From NCBI GenBank assembly GCA_964270895.1, contig OZ185443.1: 64,000 bases of DNA, one strand, 5' to 3'. The first letter of the stretch is position 1. The number at the start of each line of letters is the position of its first letter. Shown one piece after another: positions 50,192 through 61,217 of this stretch. The position numbers were made by a program, and so were the translations under genes. Source of the DNA: Podarcis filfolensis. Taxonomy: Eukaryota. Under the pieces are notes generated by a model that saw only the letters and a list, made by a program, of their open reading frames with translations, had not been told where the DNA came from and ran no database searches.

Positions 50192-53044
50192 TATTGAAAT
50201 AAACAGAATTAAGAAGCCCAATAGGTAAAAATTGGATGATTATATTAATCTTGCATTCCCCTTTTAGAGTATGCCTTTTTTGTCCTGTTTGCATTTCCTA
50301 ATACTTATCAGCAGTAGCTCTCATTGTAAGCATGGATTTCAACTATGTGTAGGGGGCGGGATCAGTCCTGACAAGTTCTCTAGAAAGCTATTGTATTTCT
50401 CCTGAACTGGGTGTGCTGTATCCTTACCTAGAAAACATGGCTCTTCCTTACCAGCTAGTATATATCCTAATTCCACTTCGTACTTGTGCAGGTGCCTTGA
50501 TGGCCACCTATTGGCTGTTGTCTGTGATGTCTCCTCCCTTTCCTGTCTCTTTCCACATGTGAAGTCACAGCAGAATTAACACTTCAGCTACACTTGAAGA
50601 AGTGTGCACGCACCCGAAAGCTCATACCAATAACAAACTTAGTTGGTCTCTAAGGTGCTACTGGAAGGAATTTTTTTATTTTGTTTTGACTACGGCAGAC
50701 CAGCATGGCTACCTACCTGTAACTTCATTAATGATTATATATATGTTCTCATCCCCATGTACAATGCCCTCAGTGACAATGGCTGTTATTACTGTTCTGG
50801 TAAAGTAAGGCAAACAGAAAAAAATTCAAGCCAAAATAGTGCAGTAATCTTTATCTATGTAAAGACCTATAAGGCAGGTTCATATAATACTCTCTTAACA
50901 AAGAAAGGCAAGCACTCTGCTCTATTTCCTTTATGTTTTCCCAGTGGCCACACACCCCTCTTCCTCTTTGACCCACTACTTGCTAGCTGCTCTTAGCAGA
51001 AACCGCTGTCTTTATTGGCTGAAAGTGTCTCCCTGCCCCTGCTGTGCGGCTGTGATTTTTCCTAAGCCGTTTCAAAGAGGAGACCAAGCCCATTTGTCTA
51101 ATTAGGGAAAATTAGTCTGCCAGAGAGAACAAGACAGCCAGCCAGCTAAGAGTACAGTACTGAGCAAAGCCTCCCATCAAGACCATTTTGAAGATAACAC
51201 CATGTTGTACTTTGATTTAGGCCCAGATTGCATATTACTTTTTCTCACACAAAGTGAAATTTAAGCACATTGTGGCTGTCCTTCTATGGCAAATACATTT
51301 GATTGAAAAGCACTCTCTAGTGGCAAGAAGCTGGAATCATCAGCCCCATTATGATAAATTTGAGGATGCATTTAAATGAGGGAACAGTTGTGCAAAACCA
51401 ATACATCAAAATTTCACTGCATGGCAAACTTCTTTAAAGTGCTAACATGTGAAGAGTCAGAAAGGGATCTTGCTCTGAGTCTTCTAAGAAATTGGCTGCC
51501 CCAGACTAGTTGTATATCTACAGAACAAGCCTTGAAAATCAGCCATGATGTGACAGGGGAAGTGATGGGGAAGATTACGTCTCTAACTGTTGGAAGGAAA
51601 AAAATATTTGTGATTTTCAGTTAATTGTATGAAATCCAGGTTTAGACTTGTGGCTGATCTCCAATCGTGGTAAGATTGATTGATTGAGGTTTAGTGACAC
51701 CTAAAGCTAGTAAATTAAAATTCTGCAGCTGTTATCTCAACTGTTGGGCATGAATGAGAGTGCAAGTCTATTTGTTGATAACTGTTTAGTGTATAATATG
51801 ATGACATCGCCAACTCAGTAAGATGTAGCAGCAAATGCATTCTATGAAACTCCCATTGGGTAGAGCAAAGGCACACCAGACGTACAGTCCAGCCTTCACT
51901 ATCAAATTGTTAAGACTGCAGAGAGGTAACAACTTCAGTCTTCTTGTTTTGTGTATAACAGGGTGACACCTGGTGGGAGAGAGGGAGAATGAAAGGCTTA
52001 ATTGGACTTGCTTCTTTCCCAGTTAAGTGTTGCTGTTGCAAACACGTGTATTTCATGCTGTCATCCTAGAACAGCGTCACTTGGCCAAGTAAAAGGCTAA
52101 TCTAGTCAGTCGTGTGTGCCCAATCGAATGCATCTGGGAGGCTCACAAGGATGCCATAAGGCAGGGGTGAATGAAGAAACTGTGGCTCTCCAATTGTTGT
52201 TCTCCAGCCCTCATCAACCTCAGACAGCATAGCTAACAGTGAGGGATTGTGGGAGCTGTAATCCAACAACATCTGGAAGACAAGTTCCTGATTCCTTGCA
52301 TAAGGCAACAACCCTCTATTATTGTTGAACTCTTGAGTCTGGTACCTGGTAGCAAAAACTATTGTGTTAGCTTTTCCCAGCCTGGGGCTAGCAAAAATTG
52401 TTAAGACTACAACTCCCCTCCCACCATCCCTGAACCACAGGCCATGCTGGCTAGGAAAGGGGCTGGCTAGGAATGGGAACTGGAATGGAAAACATTTGAA
52501 GGACATCAGATTGGGAAATGCAGTACTAGGAACATGAAAGCTTCCTTTTGCTGTTATATATTATAGTTGACTGTGATTTTGTCTAACCCATCTTGTAGCA
52601 CAAATGTCCAGAAAAAACAAGGGAATTATAGTATCCACGGTTAGTGCTGAATCTGGATTTTACTCTTTGACAGTACAGATTGATGAAGAATTGATGGGTC
52701 TCAGATAAAACATGGCTTTTGCAGCACCTGCTATTACTATGAGAGCTGTATGAACCCAGTTGCTTTCCAGTTGTCCAGACCTCAGTTTAACAGGACAGAT
52801 GAACTCTAGGCTATTTCTGGTTCAGCCGCCTATAATGTCATCATGATCACATTACTTTTATCTCCGACCCGGAAATAACTGTGGTCAGAGCCCATGTAAA
52901 TAGACCCGTTCAAACTGACTTCCATGGGAATATCATGTTTCACCGCCCCTTCAAAGACTGTCTGTTGGAAATTACATTTAACCTAAATTTCCAGATCTTA
53001 GGCAGTATCTTTCCACCTCTCCCCGGTCTCTGACTGTCTTGCAG

Positions 53045-53073
53045 GTTTAGGGCCAAATATGTACACTTTTTAA
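53045..53073 (+). CDS. Candidate unannotated exon-11-like cassette (29 nt): (G)LGPNMYTF*
   Basis: Long pyrimidine tract ending tgactgtcttgcag|GT TTA GGG CCA AAT ATG TAC ACT TTT TAA|gtaatt; phase-1 compatible with exon 10; same G-x-x-P-x-M register as exon 11. Confidence 0.5.
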
Positions 53074-53864
53074 GTAATTGCATAAATCTAAAACTCCATT
53101 TACAATGGCTTCATATGAATAGAGGTGGGGATGGAATTTGGGGGAGTCATGTTTTACAGTGTGGTTCTAATCCTTCCTAGAGGGTAGATTTGATTATCAG
53201 TTTTCAAAAAAAATTCTTTACCACCTAATATATTTGAAGTATCTATAAGTGGTGTACAAAAAAGGAGCAACAACAAACAACTTGAACAAAATGTTACAAA
53301 AGTAGAGTTACATATAAAAATGTTACACTAAAACAAAGTTACTAATATGTGCGCCCGCGCACACACACAACATCAATTCGTTTTCCTTCTGACACTCCCT
53401 CCCTCCAGGTTCACACCCAGGGTCCAAACAAACACCTAGCTCACCCACAAAAGTCACACAACAAGAAGAATTCCTGGAAACAGCAGGCATCACCCTAGTC
53501 TCTCAATCTAGACTTGCTTTTTATGGGCAGACCCAAGGTGGATGGTACTTTCTCATGCTTCCCATGGCTGTGTCCCTTTCAGCTGCACTCTCCACACCCA
53601 GTGCCAGGTGCAGCAGGCTTGCTGAGTTTTCCAAGGGGCCCAAAGGATGGGGAAATGCCCGTCTCTCCACTCAAAGCTCTTTCTTTATTCTCTGTCCTGG
53701 CCTCCTCCTCTTTCAGCTTCTAGGTATTAGAAGGTTGTGCTGGTGGAATTATGCTTTTGACAACCAGGACTTTAGCTTGTGTGTCCTGCAAGGTTCTCTC
53801 TCTCTCTCCTCTGCCCCTCCAAACCATTTAAAATTTGCACAAAGCCACTGGACATGTTCATCTG

Positions 53865-54760
53865 GCAATTTGGGATATGGTGCCATCGGTATGCTGACAC
53901 CAGTACTCTCCATCATGTCTGCGAAGGTCATGATTGGGTATTTGAAGTCAGTGAAGGATTGGATGTGGGCTAAGAAACTGAAACTTAACCTAGACAAGAA
54001 ATACATGGTGTAGCGACATAGGTTCAACCCGATTTGACGATGTTGCACTACCCTTAAAAGAACCAGTTGTTCAGTTTCGGAGTGCTTCTAGTTCCCATTT
54101 TGCTCCTGGTTTTTCAGGCGCTTACTTTGACCCGGGGTGCTTTCGTACGGCTTTGGCTGGTGTACTACCTACATCTGTTCCTGGATAAGGCAGACCAGGC
54201 CACAGTTGTGCATGATTTGATTACATCCAGTTTAGACTATTGTAGGGCTCTCTGTGTAAGGTTGCCTTTAAAAAGTATTTGGAAACTACAGCTGGTGCAA
54301 AATGGTGCAGCCAGTTGTGTGACCAGAGTCCTTTCTTTAGAGCATAAGACTCCATTGTTGTGCCAGATTCACTAACTTCTAGTCTGTTTTCAGCTAAATT
54401 CAAAATATTGGCAATTACCTTTAAACCCTAAACTGCTTGGATCCGGGTTACCTGAAAGGCTGCCTCCTCCAATGTGGCCTTGCTTTCTCAGCTCATCAAT
54501 GGAAACTCGCCATTACATCCTGCTGCCATCAGAGTTGCAGCTGATTAGGACACCCAAGAGGATGTCGAACTGCCTGCCCCAAGATATCCACTGCCTACCC
54601 TCTTGGCAATGGTGTTCAGGCACCATTTATAATCACCTTAACTTAATCAGGCTGATTTTGTGTTATTTCCCTTATTAGATGGTACAATGACTATAGTTTA
54701 GCTGGTTTAACATTTTTCATATGATAGTTTTTAGATGCGAGCTGCCCTGGGTACTCTAGA
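53865..54760 (+). mobile_element. Decayed L2 LINE ORF2 C-terminal fragment plus 3'UTR
   Basis: Broken-frame peptides FGIWCHRYAD, VKDWMWAKKLKLNLDK, TVVHDLITSSLDYC..LPLKSIWKLQLVQNGAA and HKTPLL are typical of L2 reverse transcriptase. Confidence 0.85.
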
Positions 54761-56399
54761 AATATAGTGGAAAGTGGTAATTGAAGGAGTGTCATGCATA
54801 AGGTAAAACCTTAAAGTGAAACTTTTCCCTTTTTCAAAGTCTTATTAATTTTTGAACCGGTTTATTTGCAGTCATTTGTTGAAATTGATTGAAGCCCATG
54901 TTTCTCACGGGCGATGGGGTTGCACTGCTTGAGATATTGCTTCTCTCTAAAATCTGCCATGAGAAGTTAAAGCATTGCAAGTGTCACTATTGCCTCTCCC
55001 CCAATTACTGATCATTATTGGTAAAAGAATCCTGATGCACAAATCACTGATCATAATGTCAACTGGATTGTATGAAATCAGATGGGGCAAGGAAGGTAAA
55101 TGCCATTTCCTGCTGATGATAACCTAGGATTGCCAACAATGGATGAATCCTTTGCCTTTTAAATTAACTAAGTAAACTGCATATGAATATATATTTATCT
55201 AATTAAAATAATTCTGGTACACTATTATAAAGAAAATATTAGAAGATTAGCACCTGTATTGAGGTTATATTAATATACAGTTTAATTAATAAATAAATAA
55301 TCAAATTTAATTGGTTGGCTGCCCTAGATTACAATCAGCAGGAAATGGCATCTGCCTGCCTTAGATTTATAGTCTTCCCCCATCCTGAAGCCTTGATTTG
55401 ATACGACCAGTGTGTCCTTAAATTGCACCCCAGACTGATTAATATCAAATAGCCAGAAGTTTAGTTGGTTCATCTACTGATTTATAAAACTTGCAGCCCT
55501 GACAGAATGACACAAGGGAGTTAGTGATTCCTTGACATTGCACCCTATTAAATTAGTGAGCTTGGGTTTAGATCATCAGGGTTTAAGAACTCTGGGATGG
55601 AACTGATCACTGAACTCAGAGGGGTGCAATAAAAATGATTATGACTTAGGAATGCATGACAAATGAGGAAATGTTGGAAGGCGATGGTCAGATGTTGCTT
55701 AGATTGGGGGGGGAGGCGGAGATTATGGAATGTAGCTTTTCTCAGATATTTTAAAGCGTGGGCACTGATCACTGGACCAGTTAATGAAATGCCAATGGGA
55801 AGTTTGTTTAGGATGCAACCAAGTACACTATAGAGCTTAACTATAAAGTGTTATAGAAAGGAACAAAATGCCTGGGGGAATGGAAGGGCACCCTCTAAGA
55901 AGCTCTGGAGTAAAAGGGCTGTCATTTCTCTGTGGTTTTAATCATGAGGTTGCTGTCATGGCAGAACTTGGGTTTGATTCACTTTCCTGTCCCTTTTAAG
56001 CTCCGACTCACCCATAAACGTTAGCCGGAAAACACATTTATTCATGAGCAAATCCAACTGAAATAATGAAAAAACGTACTCCTATGTAAATGTCTCTCCG
56101 CTCGCTCACACACCCCTTTTAAAAATGCAGTGCAAAAAAGGCAAGACCTTGTTGGGTACTTTTTGTGGGGGGAGAGAATTAAATTTCAGCCTCTGATCTC
56201 TGCATGTCGCAGGTCTCAAATTATGCACCCTTTCTGGCTGCCAAAATTTCAGTGTTATCTTTTAACAGTGGACCGTTTTCTTCCCCCTTTCTGCCCAACT
56301 TTTATTTCTGAGGAACGGCTTCCTTCATTTCTCTGCAGTCTCTGCACTACACCATAACCCAGCATACTGGGATCTCGTCGTGGCTCGGGCTCAAGGCTT

Positions 56400-57530
56400 C
56401 ACATATGCTAAAATGTGACTCGCAGCGCTTTGCTTTGAAGCCTAACCACAGCCAGGGAGCTGTAATTGCCGTCTTTGATTGCGCCGACTTCACTTGCGGC
56501 TTGGACTTTGCTTGGGCATGCCTGGCTTGGCGAGACTTCAGCTGCAGCCCTCCAGTGAAGCCTTAGATGTGGGAAGTCTTCAGTCTCTGTAGCACATACC
56601 TGTGGTTTCTTGAAAAGAATCCTGGCTTGACCTGTTTTATATCTGTAAGGCAACACCATAGCTGTTCCTTTAAGGCTCCAATCAACTTATTGGCAGGGAA
56701 TGGAAGCCGCTTCCCCTTTGTAGCTCAGGCTTGCAGGAGTTTGGATGTTTATTAATATTTATTGCTATAGGTATTTAGAGCAGGCGAAGGACTTTTAGTT
56801 CATGGACTTTAGCAGAGCTACTGAATTGATTCACTGTATGATTTCTTGGCAAATGTGTAAGCACGGACACACACGAACCAAAATCAGAGGCTGAAAATCT
56901 TGAACTCTGGGTAGCCTCCAGGGAAATTTTAACTATTGTATTTGCAGACCCCCTCCACTTTGGGGGAGGGGGTGGTCCGGTGTAGGAAAGAAGTAGAAGG
57001 TTGTTAAGAAAGTGCAACTGTGGCAGTTTGAAGGAAAATAATGACAAATTAAAAAGGTCCGCTATCATGAAGGAGGCGGCCAGAGCAAGGCCACGCACAT
57101 TATTTTAACCTCCTCACTTCAAAGGAGGTCTGCTGGTAAGAGGAGGAAAAGCGGGAACCATCTCAACAGAAGGGCATTTCATTTCCTTCAGCAAGGAGTG
57201 CATTCCTGGCTGGTAACGGGGAATAACTCTGAATTGCAGTGTTTGTATCGGGCTCTGTGAACTGCTGGCCTGGCGCCTCAAGGCCGCTCCTCAACAGGAA
57301 ACACAATGTTTTAATGTAAGACTGAGAGGAAAACCTTCCCAGGAAGAGCAACCTGGACCAAACCTTTGAAAATCTGGGATGAAAAGGCCCAAAGTAAATA
57401 TAAATCAGCAGGGTGGCGCTCTCTTGCTCTCTCCCTCTCTTGCCAGTGTTCCTCTGCTGTTTGCTTTGCCTCTCTCCTTTGTGCTCCCTGGAAAACCAAA
57501 GCCCTTGTCACATGGCTCCTTTGATCCCCA
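56400..57530. promoter_or_regulatory. Candidate intronic enhancer with clustered TCF/LEF and RUNX motifs
   Basis: Five CTTTG(A/T)(A/T)-type sites and two RUNX sites in a repeat-free, CpG-retaining stretch; function inferred only. Confidence 0.45.
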
Positions 57531-58263
57531 TGTTTTCTGGAGCAGTTTTTTGAGACAGGAAGCTGAGGCAGTTTTTTGGTTTTGGTTTTTAATTTGGGGA
57601 GTTTTATGAGGAAATGGGAAGTAGGTTAGTCAGTTACAGACCACCTCCACTGAAAGCAGCACTTTCCCAGAAAGCACTTGACTTTGCTGTTTAAAAACAT
57701 CAGGAAGATTTAACTGCAACAAACAGTAACGTAAAATCAGGGTCCTAGCAGGTGCACGTCATATGAGCAAGTACAGAAGAAAGAAACTATACACTGTAAT
57801 CTTAAACACTGTGCAACAGTCTTTGTGTTTCTATAGCAGTTTTATTCATGAAGCATTTTGGGTTCATTCCTCCCTTCACTCATACATACATGTGATTACA
57901 CTTGATCGTAAGGCAGGTGTCATATATGTTGATGGGCAAAATAAAAAAATATATGATTAGCGCGGTGGAAAGACAGTCAGTGCAACCTTCTGTGTGGTTA
58001 AATAACCTGGAGAACAAATACAGGTGTTCATGTTAATCTATGTACTGCTTGTTGTATGTCCATGCTTAAGTTCTGATAAAGGTGTGCTAAAATTGTGACG
58101 TTTCCTGTTAAATTTAATCGGCCAGGCACACAGATTTGAAAACACTAGGTTTTTTTTCTTTTTGAAAAATGGAGTCAACCCCTCAAAATGCAACCGTAGC
58201 ATTGGTCAACAGCTGGATAAACCATGTAGCAACATCACCATGCCTCATGCCTAAGTAGTAAGG

Positions 58264-58399
58264 CAGGCATCCCCAAACTCAGCCCTCCAGGTGTTTTGGG
58301 ACCACAACTCCCATCATCCATAGCTAACAGGACCAGTGGTTAGGGATGATGGGAACTGTAGTCCCAAAACATCTGGAGGGCAGAGTTTGGGGATTCCTG
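58264..58399. mobile_element. hAT palindromic MITE (CAGGCATCCCCAAACT variant)
   Basis: TIRs plus TSD tagtaagg/taataagg. Confidence 0.9.
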
Positions 58400-59068
58400 T
58401 AATAAGGGAATATCCTGTATCAACCCATTATTGGAGGTCAATATGAAAAATTGCCAGCCATCCATAAACCTGGCTTGATACATTTGCCTTAAGCGCTCCA
58501 GGTTTTCTCTAGGGCTATATTGTTTTTTAAAGCAACAACAACAATAGCCTGAGGCTCTGTAAGCGAGAAGCACTGTACAAAGAGAAACAGCGCAGAGTGT
58601 AGGCTTTTTACTATGACGCTAAGGAATCCTCTCTTCCCCGTAGCAGTTAGGACATTATTGTGTTTCTGTCATTACACAAAGTCTGCGGGACCTGTTGTTT
58701 CAAGCTATCTTTTGACTGCAGTCCTTCTGTGGGTGCTTAGTCTTAATCGTTGGCTATTGTTAGCAATGACCTTGTTTTGTAACCACTGTGAACAATGGAA
58801 AAAACAGGATAATTTCAGTTAGTGTGCTTATAAAACCCTAGTCCGACCTTCAAACTATATTCGCAGAGTATGTGGAGGAAAAGCAGAATCACACCTGTTG
58901 GCCCCCATCCCTGGTCATTTGTGAAAGGAACTATCCATGTGTGTGTTACCTGTACAATTGTGTATTTTATATGCACACACAAGTACCAATCGCTGTGTGA
59001 TCCCAGTCACACACATATATAAGCAACATGGGCACAGCTGTGTTCTATTCTTATGCTGGACATGTGGA

Positions 59069-59138
59069 CATAGCTGTCAACTTTTCCCTTTTCTTGTGAG
59101 GAATCCTATTCGGAATAAGGGAAACATTGACAGCTATG
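59069..59138. mobile_element. Mini hAT MITE (CATAGCTGTCAA family)
   Basis: TIRs plus perfect 8-bp TSD catgtgga; ends 140 nt upstream of exon 12. Confidence 0.88.
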
Positions 59139-59277
59139 CATGTGGAAGTCAGGTACAGACCCTGAGGTTCCATGCCCCTACTCTAAATGCTAAAAAGTAG
59201 TATAATCAAACAAATAACAAAGTGTCTTGATACTTAAATATATACCCTAAAACTTTTCACCTTTCTGTTCCCTGCAG

Positions 59278-59357
59278 GTGGAAAGAGAAACGCTTTCTCA
59301 ACGTGCAAAGCAAAGGCAGCGACATCAGGGCCCCTTCTCGAAATGGAAGCTTGTTAG
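59278..59357 (+). CDS. LEF1: LEF1 exon 12 coding part, used when exon 11 is skipped; B-tail: (G)GKRNAFSTCKAKAATSGPLLEMEAC*
   Basis: Acceptor ttccctgcag|GTGGAA; the phase-1 join to exon 10 gives a peptide resembling the recalled human B-tail GGKRSSFPTCKAKAATPGPLLEMEAC; TAG at 59355-59357. Confidence 0.95.
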
Positions 59358-60505
59358 AATCCCCAGGCATGTCCTTCATCTGCACAGACCACCATCAAGG
59401 AATATGTCTAGGATGCCGACAACACTTGCCCCGATGTCACTGCTTAAAAAGACACTGAACCATAAAGACAATCACTGCCAGGCCCCTTTGCTATCATGGA
59501 GTCCCAAATCTTAACACAATAAAAGAGAGCAAGGAGAACATGTCAGAACTTCCCCAGTCAGCAGAGTAGCTTTTTTCCTTTTTGGTCTTCGCTCCGCCTT
59601 ACACTCCTGTTTATATCTCTCATGCGTTGTCAATGCTGAGTCAGCAGCAAATATAGTTCGGCTGTGTTTTTGTTTTGCTTCAGGCAGCAGAATGATGTAA
59701 AAAGCCAGCAGCAACTCCCATCCTGGCCCTTCACACCGAAATGAACACACTTTAAATTCATCAAGGAAGGCACAACCCAGTTTATTTAAATGCTGCAAAA
59801 GGATCGATCTTGGATTTTTAGCTTTTAAAAAAAGAAAACTTGAATGCTTTTTATGTTTTAGTTATTTCCTTGGTGTACATTTTTTTGAGCTTTTAAAGAA
59901 GCATCCAAACGCCCCCCCTTTATTTTTTAAGAAAAGGAAATTCCTATCCTCTCCCCCCCCCCCCCCCGCTGCCCCACCCTGCAGGAGAGGAACCAAAATG
60001 TTTGGAGGACTGTGGCTTTTTGTTCTGTTAACACTTTGTAGCATAACCATCCTCATTGTATATGTGTACTATGGAGTTAATACTAAACATAACCCATCAG
60101 CTGGTCACTAGCCATGTTCATCTATTTCATTTACTCAGTATGTGTAAAGGCAAGATATTTCATCAGGTCTGACTACAGCGAGCTCTCCTCCTCCACTGAC
60201 CCTGAATTTCCTTGTAAAGAAAAAAAAAAGCCCAGCACTTGAATTATTATTACTTCAATTGTTCTGTATTTGTATCTGTTTTTGTTAGCCTGTTTAGTGG
60301 GATTTTATGCCAGTTGTTGAAATGAGCATCGATGTACCCATTTTTTTTAAAAAAAATAGTTAAAAAAAACCTTTTTGCCAAAAATACCTGTCAACCAATA
60401 TATATTTTGTCATTCCAGTATGAGTTAATGTGCTGAGCATTTTTTTTTGTTTTTGTTTTTTTTAAAAAATAAAAGCTTTGTAATAAAACTACAAAATACT
60501 TTATG
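59358..60505 (+). other. LEF1: LEF1 3'UTR (terminal exon)
   Basis: Follows the B-tail stop, is free of recognisable repeats and is AU-rich; ends after the tandem AATAAA. The cleavage site is estimated. Confidence 0.8.
60468..60487 (+). terminator. Tandem polyadenylation signals (AATAAA 60468-60473 and 60482-60487)
   Basis: Two hexamers after a U-rich tract at the end of the terminal exon; SINE sequence starts at about 60523. Confidence 0.8.
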
Positions 60506-60522
60506 GCTGCTTAAATGAGTCA

Positions 60523-60728
60523 GGGGAAGAAGGGGCCATAACTCAGCAGGAAGAACATTTGCTTTGCATGCAAAAAGTTCCCCGGTTCAATTTGCAACAT
60601 CTGCAGAGAGGGCTGGATAGGAGATATTCCCTGCCTTGTAACCCTGGCGAGCCACTGAAAGTCAGTGCAGATAATACCTGAGCTAAAAGGACTAATATAC
60701 CCAGACTCAGTGTAAGGCCACTTCCAAT
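60523..60728 (+). mobile_element. tRNA-derived SINE (Squam3-like), immediately downstream of the LEF1 polyA site
   Basis: ggccataactcagcaggaagaacatttgctttgcatgcaaaaagttccccggttcaat..gactcagtgtaaggccacttcc. Confidence 0.8.
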
Positions 60729-60889
60729 ATTTATACAATGCTCTCCAAAATAAGTGCAAGAGGACCCGCTGGGAAAAAATAATCAGCTGTTCTGTGTGGC
60801 TTGGGTGCTTGCTTATTTGCTGCAAGGTTGCACTGAAATCAGGGGGCCTAAGTCATGGCCAAGTTTGCAGTCCTATACACATTGAATGA

Positions 60890-61217
60890 GGGACGCAGGT
60901 CTAAACCACTGAGCCTAGGGCTTGCCGATAGGAAGGTCGGCAGTTCAAATCCCCGCAATATGGTGAGCTCCCGTTGCTCTGTCCCTGCTCCTGCCAACCT
61001 AGCATCAAAGTTCAAGTAGATAAATAGGTACCGCTCCGGCGGGAAGGTAAACGGCGTTTCCGTGCGCTGCTCTGGTTCACCAGAAGCGGCTTAGTCATGC
61101 TGGCCACATGACCCGGAAGCTGTACGCCAGTTCCCACAGCCAATAAAGCGAGATGAATGCCACAACCACAGAGTTGTCCACGACTGGACCTAACGGTCAG
61201 GGGTCCCTTTACCTTTA
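60890..61217 (+). mobile_element. Sauria SINE with small internal deletions
   Basis: gggacgc head and cctttaccttta tail; TSD acacattgaatga(g). Confidence 0.95.

Larger units (their letters stand above)
1..60505 (+). other. LEF1: LEF1 gene, 3' portion (end of intron 3 through terminal exon 12); exons 1-3 lie upstream of the window
   Basis: Nine exons with canonical splice sites join in frame to give [27 protein letters not shown]...HMG box ([15 protein letters not shown]...[20 protein letters not shown])...GKKKKRKREK, matching the recalled LEF1 protein. The 3' end is estimated from the AATAAA pair at 60468 and 60482. Confidence 0.98.

Noticed and set aside
50492-50562. Acceptor with branch-like CCTAAT giving (G)ALMATYWLL... 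in the exon-10 frame
   Set aside because: No convincing donor and only superficial likeness to exon 11; within chance expectation for a 13-kb intron.
53555-54375. ORFs of 152, 64 and 102 aa
   Set aside because: Frameshifted pieces of a decayed L2 reverse transcriptase.
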